64,000 nucleotides of DNA, from positions 2,080,001 through 2,144,000 of the forward strand of contig CBDBCZ010000019.1 in NCBI GenBank assembly GCA_965203295.1. Direction: 5' to 3'. Both the position numbers and the translations under genes were made by a program. Below, one piece after another: positions 53,882 through 64,000 of the stretch. The DNA is from Nitrospirales bacterium. GTDB lineage: Bacteria > Nitrospirota > Nitrospiria > Nitrospirales > UBA8639. How positions within the stretch are numbered: the stretch's first letter is position 1; each line of letters opens with the position of its first letter. The notes below the pieces were generated by a model that saw only the letters and a list, made by a program, of their open reading frames with translations, was not told the DNA's origin and did not search any database.

Positions 53882-56128
53882 TTAATTTAAAGCATTTAAG
53901 GCTGAACCGGCCTTAAACCACGTCACCTGAGGATCTGTCATACTATGGTTGGCCTGAATCGTTACGTCCTTACCATCCTTCTTATGAATGATGATCTGAA
54001 CTGGTTTGCCAGGAGCTAAGCTACCCAATCCCGTCACACTCACTCGGTCTTCCTGTTCGATCTGATCATAATCGGCAGGATTGGCAAACGTCATGGCCAA
54101 AATCCCCTGCTTTTTGAGATTGGTTTCATGAATCCTGGCAAAACTTTTGGTGATAACAGCTTTCACACCAAGGAACCGTGGAGACATCGCCGCATGTTCT
54201 CGGCTGCTGCCCTCTCCATAATTTTCATCCCCCACAACAAAGGATCCAACGCCTTTCCCCTTATAATCACGAGCAATCTGAGCCAGAGTCAGCTCGGATT
54301 CTCCTGTTAAAACATTATTTCCCTTTCCGGCTTCGCTAGTAAACGCATTATTGGCACCTAAGAACATATTATCGCTAATTTTGTCCAGGTGACCTCGGAA
54401 TTTTAGCCATGGACCAGCGGGAGAAATATGGTCGGTCGTGGTTTTGCCTTTGGTCTTGATGAGTATAGGAAGTTTTTCAAAATCCTTCCCATCCCATTTT
54501 GGAAATGGCTGAAGCAATTGAAGCCGCTCACTCGTTGGGGGCAGGTCGACTTCCAAGCCTTCCCCACTTTCTGCTGGTGGGATAAACCCTTCTTCACCCT
54601 TGGCAAAGCCGTTTGCTGGCAATTCATCGCCTTGAGGTGGATCGAGCTTTATCTCTTTTCCATCTTGGGTTTTAATCGTATCGTTGAGTGGGTCGAATTC
54701 TAAATCTCCGGAAAGCGCATAGGCAGCCACGACTTCTGGACTTGCTAAAAAAGAAAGCGTATCGCTGATTCCATCGTTGCGACCGGGAAAGTTGCGATTG
54801 AACGTACTGACGATAGAATCGGCTTTTCCTTTCATTCCATCTGCCCGCTTCCATTGACCAATGCAAGGGCCACATGCATTCGCTAATACCGTAGCGCCCA
54901 TATCTTCAAATGTCTTCATAAACCCTTCTCGTTTCATCGTGTGGAAAATCCGCTCGGAACCGGGAGAAACGAGAAATGCCGTTTTGGCCTTCAGTCCGGC
55001 CTTCAAGCCCTGTTGAGCGATGTGCGCCGCTCTACCAATATCTTCGTAAGACGAATTGGTGCAGCTTCCCAATAGAGTCGCTTTTAACTCTGTCGGATAT
55101 CCTTTTTCTTTCGCCTCGGCTGCTAATTTCGAAATTGGCCTAGCAAGGTCTGGCGTATGCGGTCCAACCACATGAGGCTCCAACGCCGACAAATCGATCT
55201 CGACAATCTCATCAAAATATTTTTCTGGGGATTGATAGACTTCCGGGTCAGCAACCAACATCCCTTTGTTCGCCTCAGCGAGCTTGGCAATATCTTCACG
55301 TTCCGTGATATTCAGATAGTCGACCATTTTCTGATCGAACGGAAATACCGAGGTGGTCGCACCTAACTCGGCTCCCATATTGGTAATCGTCCCTTTACCA
55401 GTCGCACTGATGGTTGCCGCGCCAGGGCCAAAATATTCAACAATCTTGTTCGTTCCGCCTTTCACCGTGAGTTTCCCGCAGATATAGAGAATCACGTCTT
55501 TGGGTGAGGCCCACCCATTCAATTTCCCTGTCAGTTTGACCCCGATCAGTTTGGGATGCAGGACTTCCCATGGCAAACCAGCCATGACTTCCCCGGCATC
55601 GGCACCCCCAACTCCAATAGCCAACATGCCAAGTCCCCCGCCATTCGGTGTATGTGAATCCGTGCCAATGATCAATCCACCAGGAAACGCATAGTTCTCC
55701 AGCACCACTTGGTGAATAATACCAGCACCAGGCTTCCAAAATCCGATCCCATATTTCTTTGCCGCCGACTCTAAAAAGTTATACACCTCGCGGTTTTCGT
55801 CACAGGCACGGAGAAGGTCTTTTTCCGAACCAATTTCTGCACGAATGAGGTGGTCACAATGAATGGTACTCGGGACCGCAGCTTTCTTCTTGCCAGCCTG
55901 AATAAACTGCAGCATGGCCATCTGAGCTGTGGCATCTTGCATGGCGACACGATCAGGACGAAGAGCCAACATCGCCTTCCCACGTTCCCATACTTGGGTG
56001 TCCAAGTTATCTGCATGAGACACCAGAATTTTTTCAGCGAGGGTGATCCCTCGCCCAAATTTTTTGCGCGCCGTTTCCACGGCCGCAGGCATTTTGGTAT
56101 AGAGTGTTTTTACGAGTTCAATTGACAT
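53882..56128 (-). CDS. acn: Aconitate hydratase (mitochondrial-like type)
   Basis: RVAMQDATAQMA, HCDH, DSHT, GSCTN, ACGPCIG, GSSREHAA. Confidence 0.95.
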   Translation of the reverse strand: MSIELVKTLYTKMPAAVETARKKFGRGITLAEKILVSHADNLDTQVWERGKAMLALRPDRVAMQDATAQMAMLQFIQAGKKKAAVPSTIHCDHLIRAEIGSEKDLLRACDENREVYNFLESAAKKYGIGFWKPGAGIIHQVVLENYAFPGGLIIGTDSHTPNGGGLGMLAIGVGGADAGEVMAGLPWEVLHPKLIGVKLTGKLNGWASPKDVILYICGKLTVKGGTNKIVEYFGPGAATISATGKGTITNMGAELGATTSVFPFDQKMVDYLNITEREDIAKLAEANKGMLVADPEVYQSPEKYFDEIVEIDLSALEPHVVGPHTPDLARPISKLAAEAKEKGYPTELKATLLGSCTNSSYEDIGRAAHIAQQGLKAGLKAKTAFLVSPGSERIFHTMKREGFMKTFEDMGATVLANACGPCIGQWKRADGMKGKADSIVSTFNRNFPGRNDGISDTLSFLASPEVVAAYALSGDLEFDPLNDTIKTQDGKEIKLDPPQGDELPANGFAKGEEGFIPPAESGEGLEVDLPPTSERLQLLQPFPKWDGKDFEKLPILIKTKGKTTTDHISPAGPWLKFRGHLDKISDNMFLGANNAFTSEAGKGNNVLTGESELTLAQIARDYKGKGVGSFVVGDENYGEGSSREHAAMSPRFLGVKAVITKSFARIHETNLKKQGILAMTFANPADYDQIEQEDRVSVTGLGSLAPGKPVQIIIHKKDGKDVTIQANHSMTDPQVTWFKAGSALNALN

Positions 56129-56196
56129 AAGGGTTTCTCCGTATCATTTTAAATCTCGAAATCCAAGCTTTGGAGACGAGACTTTAATATGTTGGG

Positions 56197-58023
56197 TTAT
56201 TTGAGAGGTGGAACTTCACGCCGACTTGGCGATGCATAGTTTACCAAATAGTTAAAGAGCCGAATCAAACGGCTCCCTTGCCGTTTCTGATCTGTCCAAT
56301 GGCCGATCAACCCAATGGTACGGGCTAAAATAAAGAATCCGTTCAGACTATCCACTGGGAATCCAATATCGACCAGTACAGCGGCCATCGTTCCATCTAC
56401 GTTTAAAATCAGGTTGTCTTTTTTGGCAGCAGTGATCTTTTCAACTTCTAAGGCAAAATCTAAATGAGGCGTGGGAATTCCTAGGCTTTTCACGTACCCC
56501 ACCAATTCCTTCACCCGTTTATCTGGGTTTCTCAAGCTTTTCACGCGGTGTCCAATACCAGGAACTGGGCCCACGTTTTTCTTCATGTAGCCTAAGAACT
56601 CGTCGACGGACATTTTATTATCAATGGCATGCTTAAAGTATCGACCGGCATCCGTCACGGCACCACCAAATCGAGGACCAATCATAATAAGACCGGCCGC
56701 CACCGCTTGAGACAAGCCAATTCCCGCGCAAGCCGCAATAACAGTGGTCAAGGCACCGCTGACACATGGACCATGGTCAGCAGAGAGGATGAGAATACGT
56801 CGGATGATCTCCGCCTCATTCTTGGATACCAAGCGACCGTCCCACAATAAGCCAATGACATGCGAAATATCGTATCCTTTGTTGATGAGCTCTGATGCAG
56901 GGTAACCCTGATACAAGGGCTCATCGCCTCGGTCATCACTGATCGTGGACTTGATAAGCGGGGCAACTAAAATATCCCCAGACTTCATACCCTCTTCCAC
57001 CGATTTGGGAAGGGCGGATTTTTCATGTTCACTTAACTCAGGGATGGGTTTGACGACACCCGATTTAAGAAGTTCTTCGTACGTCGCTTTAATCGCAGGC
57101 CCCAATGCGCCAAATGTGTCGGGGACAATGGCACCGGCCTTTGTGAAAGCATCTGCTTTGGCTCGAGCCGACCCTTCGCCTTTTAATCCCTCTTTTGCTC
57201 CAGCGTGACCAAATTTCATGCCCTTGGGCAGACTTTCTTGGCAGAATCCGGACACGACAGCAAGGAGTTTAATCCGCCGTTTCTTTGCTCCATACCATTC
57301 AGCAGCCTGCTCTTCTAAGTCTCCTCCCATTTCGCCCACGATCACCACGACATGGGTATTGGGGTCTTTTTCAAACATTTCCAAATAGGAAACGTAATCC
57401 GTCCCGGGGTATGCGTCTCCGCCGATTCCAATGGCCGTCGTCACTCCATCTGCAAATTGCGAACAGATCCAAATAATTTCATTCGACAAACCACCTGATT
57501 TGGTAATCACACCAAACGAACCAGGTCGATAGAGTTTGCATGCGACTAAATTATCGAACGCCCCTCCGATGACTCCCAAACGGCATTCTCCAGCGGACAT
57601 GACTCCGATAGAGGACGGCCCATTGAAAGTCTTACCAAGGGTACGGGCATGTTTCCCTAAGAGCTTGGCATCTTTTTCCGGCAAACCTTCGGTAATCATA
57701 GACACCGCGTTGATCTTGGCATCATCTAGGGCTTCTTTGGCACTCGCAAACGCCCGGTCAGCTCCAACATAGACGAGACTGGTATTAATTTCCGGATGAT
57801 TGGCTGTGGCCTCGGCTATGGTCTTATAGATGGGAATCATCACCGGTTGGTTCCCACAGACGACTTCATTAGTTTTCCCTGCATCGGGAGGATAGACAAA
57901 CGCCGACACATTCAAGGGCTGCTTGATCATGTATCGAAATTCTCCCATCCGACGGGCAGCATTCACTCCAGCCAGACCGCCCTGGATCACTACATGGGTA
58001 TCTTTAGTCGCTAAAATGCTCAT
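56197..58023 (-). CDS. aclA: ATP citrate lyase alpha subunit
   Basis: SucD-like N-terminal part (KSGGLSNE, FGHAGA) plus citryl-CoA lyase domain (ADHGPCVSG, GIGHRVK, LNVDG). Confidence 0.95.
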   Translation of the reverse strand: MSILATKDTHVVIQGGLAGVNAARRMGEFRYMIKQPLNVSAFVYPPDAGKTNEVVCGNQPVMIPIYKTIAEATANHPEINTSLVYVGADRAFASAKEALDDAKINAVSMITEGLPEKDAKLLGKHARTLGKTFNGPSSIGVMSAGECRLGVIGGAFDNLVACKLYRPGSFGVITKSGGLSNEIIWICSQFADGVTTAIGIGGDAYPGTDYVSYLEMFEKDPNTHVVVIVGEMGGDLEEQAAEWYGAKKRRIKLLAVVSGFCQESLPKGMKFGHAGAKEGLKGEGSARAKADAFTKAGAIVPDTFGALGPAIKATYEELLKSGVVKPIPELSEHEKSALPKSVEEGMKSGDILVAPLIKSTISDDRGDEPLYQGYPASELINKGYDISHVIGLLWDGRLVSKNEAEIIRRILILSADHGPCVSGALTTVIAACAGIGLSQAVAAGLIMIGPRFGGAVTDAGRYFKHAIDNKMSVDEFLGYMKKNVGPVPGIGHRVKSLRNPDKRVKELVGYVKSLGIPTPHLDFALEVEKITAAKKDNLILNVDGTMAAVLVDIGFPVDSLNGFFILARTIGLIGHWTDQKRQGSRLIRLFNYLVNYASPSRREVPPLK

Positions 58024-58060
58024 CGCACCTTCTCCTCAAGTCCAAATCTAGTTTGAATGA

Positions 58061-59254
58061 TTATTTTGACAGAGCTTTATCCACGATGTCAGTGAGTGGC
58101 AGAGTACGATCGAACACTTCAATATCAAACCCCTCTTCACGAAGCGCTCTCATGGCCGCCAATCCTTGTTTCTCGTTGGGACCGCCTCGCCGCACCCAAA
58201 TCTTCACGCCATTGAGTTTTCCCTCTGCTTTGGCTTTTCGAAATGCTGCGATGATCCCACCAAAAGTCTTTTTGACATCAGTAAAATTCGCAATGGCTCC
58301 TCCCACGATGATGTTTTTGATGCCTGGGAGAGAACACACCTTATCCGTTAACACTTCCACAGCCCAATCCGGTGGATCACCGGAATATTCCGCATAATTG
58401 GCAAGCTTGCCTCCACGAGCGACGACCGCATCGGAGTAGTACACACTGGCTCCACCGCCAGCAGGAAGCATCGCGGTATCTCCACCCGGAATTTCAATAA
58501 GTTTGACGGACCCCTTCACCTTCGCATCAACAGCCATGACTTCTTCTTCGTTCTTGGTATAAGCCCGACCAAACTCAGCCGCAAAGGGAAACGTCCAATC
58601 CGAGTGACGGAATTTGGCATCGCCATCCAGAAGCGTGACCGCATCAAGGGCCATGAGGTCTCCTGCCGCATTTTGAACGACGGGGTTAATCTCTAGATAT
58701 TGAGCATCTTCATTGTCAAAACAGAGGAATAACTTCTTCGCGAACTCTGCCATTTTGCCAGCGACCGCACCTGAAAATCCGGCCTCTTTCACTAAGGCCT
58801 GGAGGTCGGAATCTTTTGGCGACTCTCCGACTTCGACGGAAACTCGCTTGACTCGATCCCAATTGGATTCCACCTCCACTCCTCCACAATTGGCGACCAT
58901 AATATCTGCTCCGTCTCTGGTCGACTTGACCGCCGCATAGTATTCCTCTTTATGATCCACGGCTTCAGAGATAATGACCTGTCGAATCGTTAGAGTATCC
59001 ACAGTTCGGCCAAGAATTTCTTTCACGGCTGCTTTTGCACCCGCTAAATCTAACCCAACCTTCACCAGACCAAGTTTGAATCTTGAACCAAGGGCTTCAT
59101 GAGCTTTGACGACAAGCTTACTCTTCTTGAGCCAATCATTGGCTTGCGCGAGTTGTTCAAACTCCTCTGTCGAATTCACGACTGCATAGTTTGGGGTTTG
59201 TACACCCCACTTCTTCAGTAAACCCATTCCAGGGCCTTCAAGAACCTTTGCCAT
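58061..59254 (-). CDS. aclB: ATP citrate lyase beta subunit
   Basis: ATP-grasp domain; AGGGASVYYSD, NYAEYSG, GGAIANFTDV, RRGGPN. Confidence 0.95.
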   Translation of the reverse strand: MAKVLEGPGMGLLKKWGVQTPNYAVVNSTEEFEQLAQANDWLKKSKLVVKAHEALGSRFKLGLVKVGLDLAGAKAAVKEILGRTVDTLTIRQVIISEAVDHKEEYYAAVKSTRDGADIMVANCGGVEVESNWDRVKRVSVEVGESPKDSDLQALVKEAGFSGAVAGKMAEFAKKLFLCFDNEDAQYLEINPVVQNAAGDLMALDAVTLLDGDAKFRHSDWTFPFAAEFGRAYTKNEEEVMAVDAKVKGSVKLIEIPGGDTAMLPAGGGASVYYSDAVVARGGKLANYAEYSGDPPDWAVEVLTDKVCSLPGIKNIIVGGAIANFTDVKKTFGGIIAAFRKAKAEGKLNGVKIWVRRGGPNEKQGLAAMRALREEGFDIEVFDRTLPLTDIVDKALSK

Positions 59255-59310
59255 AACCAAACCTTTGTTTAGGGTGATTTATGTGTGAAGATGAGAACAC
59301 AGAATTTGTG

Positions 59311-59391
59311 ATTTTAATAAGATTTTTTCCGAGTAGCAATCAATCGAAAGGCCCATTGTGAGGAGAGAGACTAAAGACCCAGAAAAGACAA
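59311..59391 (-). promoter_or_regulatory. aclB promoter module (copy 1 of an 81-bp repeat)
   Basis: TTGCTA-17 bp-TAAAAT plus a conserved upstream block; 69/81 identical to 63621..63701. Confidence 0.8.
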
Positions 59392-59890
59392 AAAATCGAT
59401 AGGATATGGCGTTTCTCCTAATAAGGTAGGCAATGAAATATATTTATTTTCAAATAATTACGATTGCCTTAAAAATCAGATTGGGGAATTTGGAATAGAG
59501 CGTGTTTCGGGCGACTTAGAAAAAGGAAAACACCCTCCCACTCAGTCACAATCGAAGGCATCCCATCTTTCACTTTGCCCAAATTCTCTTGAAGTCAGAA
59601 AATAAATCTGTCACCTTTTTGATTCCTCTGCACCCGAAGGCGCCTTTCAGACTGTGCTCGCTAGACGGCCGCAATAGGAATACCACACTGCATCCCATGT
59701 TTGAGGAATGGATGAAGAAAAAATACCTTGCCTGATCTTTCTATTTGCTGGGCAGCTTGAAACGACTCCCGGCACCTTTTCTCTCCTTTTCGGACTTTCC
59801 GGCCCCCTTCCCACCTTCAAGATCGTGTACAATGCCACTAAACTTTGAGACGCTGTATCTAGGAAATTCTTTTGAGTATCAAAATTTTTC

Positions 59891-60878
59891 ATGACCACAC
59901 CGAAACAGCATCACTATTTACCCAAAAGTGCATATCTGAGTTTCTTTGAGATTCCTGCCAAACCGAGATTCATTTATCTCTACCAGCGAGCTAAAGATAT
60001 TGTCCTGGTTAGCACGCATAACGTTGCTAAGGAAAAGCAGTTTTATTCGTTCATGGAAAAAGATGGCACTTATAATACCGCCATCGAGGACAAATTTGCG
60101 AAGATAGAATCGAATACAAAACCCATTTTAGAGAAGTTAAACGAAACAAACGATGATTTTTCAATAACAGGAAAGGAGAAAGGCACACTTTTTACGTTTC
60201 TCAGTTTGTTAAGTGTTAGGACAACAGCCTTTAGACAGCAGTTGAAAGACTTTACAGCGCTCTCCAATCAGATGTTTATGCAGGCTTATGCGCAGCGCCG
60301 TGAGACACTAAAGAATCTCCTTGAACAGGCAAAAAAGAAGGACCCTAGCATTTCCTTGGATGATGTCACTATCGAGGATCTTCAGGAGTTCATTCTTGAT
60401 GATAGTCGGTACAAAATTGTCACATCAGGGGATCACTTCTTAGGTAGGCAACTCGAAGTGCAGCAGAAAATCTTTGACGCAATTTGGACTAAAGGCATTT
60501 CAGTGTTAAAAGTTGACAGTGAGAACTTTATTACCTCTGATCATCCTGTAAGCCTCGTGAAGGAACCTGGGATTCCACAGATGTTTGGCGGGTTTTTATA
60601 TTCAGATAATACTCATCCCAATAGGGAAGAAGGCTTGTCTTGCGTTAACACATGACAAAGACTGGAATCTTATAAAACAGCCAGATCAGACCGTTCAAGT
60701 ATTAGTGAAAAGAGTGAATCGACACCAGAGCAGAGAGATTAACGAACTTACTATTGCGAATGCTGAGAACTACCTATTTGCATGTGAAAAAAATTACAAA
60801 ATAAAAGAGCTTTTTGATAAGATCGCCAAGCCAATTAGATTTCACTTTTCTCATCCCTTTGGACGCCAGACAGGTTGA
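59891..60878 (+). pseudogene. DUF4238-family gene, frameshifted near 60608
   Basis: KQHHYLP, FITSDHPV; the continuation ILIPIGKKACL...INELTIANA lies in another frame. Confidence 0.75.
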
Positions 60879-60939
60879 AGAAAAGCAGAGGAATTGAGGT
60901 CACATATGAAAATGGCTGTCAAGCGCACAGAAGGATACT

Positions 60940-61180
60940 GTTGCGTGCCGAGGTTGCATTCAGCATCTCGGAGAACGAAGCACGCTTTGGGGGCGGCTGA
61001 ACCATAGCGCCGAATCGACTATTGGGCGAGGACTGTCTGAGCGTAGCGAGTTCCGCAGCCATATGATGCGGTGCTATGGTGAAGGAACCCGGAAGGGCCG
61101 CACCCGGGTGGAAATGGTTTTGGGTCCTTTTGCCGAAACAAAAGGACCTCGTCGTGCGGGGGCGAAACCCCGCAAAACAA
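60940..61180. repeat. Multi-hairpin non-coding element
   Basis: Stems at 61001-61080, 61087-61109, 61123-61148 (perfect 10 bp) and 61155-61174. Confidence 0.6.
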
Positions 61181-61194
61181 AAATTGATCACGTC

Positions 61195-61241
61195 AACAAA
61201 TTCGAGCCCTGGCAATGTAAATTGTCAGGGCTCGAATTGTT
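61195..61241 (-). terminator. Long hairpin downstream of icd, probable intrinsic terminator
   Basis: ATTCGAGCCCTGGCAAT-GTAA-ATTGTCAGGGCTCGAAT, followed by a T-rich tract on the minus strand. Confidence 0.65.
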
Positions 61242-61288
61242 CCTGAAGCTTTTTTAACCGACAACCGCCTTGCAGGCGATCAGGCTGA

Positions 61289-63550
<2,262 letters not shown>

Positions 63551-63567
63551 TTAATGAAAACACTTTT

Positions 63568-63599
63568 AAAGGAAATAGTTAACAAAGGAAATAGTTAAC
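63568..63599. repeat. 16-bp perfect tandem duplication in the icd leader
   Basis: AAAGGAAATAGTTAAC twice in a row. Confidence 0.9.
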
Positions 63600-63620
63600 A
63601 ACAGAATTAATAAACATGAC

Positions 63621-63701
63621 ATTTTATTAGGATTATTTTAGAGTGGCAATAAATCGAAAGGCCCATGAGGAGAAGAGAGACTAAAGACCCAGAAGAGACA
63701 A
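63621..63701 (-). promoter_or_regulatory. icd promoter module (copy 2 of the 81-bp repeat)
   Basis: TTGCCA-17 bp-TAAAAT plus the same upstream block as at aclB. Confidence 0.8.
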
Positions 63702-64000
63702 GATATTAGTTTCAATGCCTAGGTCACTCGAATAAATACCAAGAAAAATCATTCAAATTCAATGGCTTGTGAATCCTTCGCGTCACCTTGAATAAAGAGC
63801 AAGAAACCGCATCAAATTGGCAGCTATACTATCATCAGGAAAAAGTCAGTGCTCATACCAGATCCAAATTTGTGAGTCATGTTATGAGGGATCTATCTGT
63901 GACAGTTACCCGGCATTGTGATAAATGCAACGCTCACCACTATAGGTTGTAAAGTTTCCTTTGATCGGGTGGGATGCTGGACAGTTTTTCTCGCTTAAGG

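Overview
Core-genome window from a bacterium that is most likely Nitrospirota (Nitrospirales). This is an inference from the combination of ATP-citrate lyase aclAB, a Pup gene, the atypical EF-Tu switch-I sequence and the repeat families. 1-25.7 kb is the minus-strand translation/transcription supercluster: tRNA-Tyr/Gly/Thr, tuf, rpmG, tRNA-Trp, secE, nusG, rplK, rplA, rplJ/rplL, rpoBC, rpsLG, fusA, tuf, then the S10/spc genes to rpsH. 26-47 kb holds housekeeping and accessory genes: DUF192, rel, recJ, a stand-alone pup, K+-independent hppA, a pseudouridine synthase, hflKC, a PEP-mutase-like/nucleotidyltransferase fusion, a pentapeptide protein, CobW, SIMPL, TraB, PepP and a Sel1 protein. 47-49 kb looks like a small decayed island. 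49-63.5 kb is a reductive-TCA cluster (icd, aclBA, acn, soluble frdBA-like pair, sucCD) interrupted by a frameshifted DUF4238 gene. Most unusual observations: (1) rplJ runs in frame into rplL with no stop codon while rplL keeps its own RBS and ATG; (2) an 81-bp promoter-plus-upstream module is duplicated in front of aclB and icd; (3) the PEP-mutase-like enzyme has a non-canonical active-site loop; (4) the second tuf copy carries a truncated rpsJ start; (5) several families of structured intergenic repeats are present. All product calls are by eye from motifs; no searches were run.
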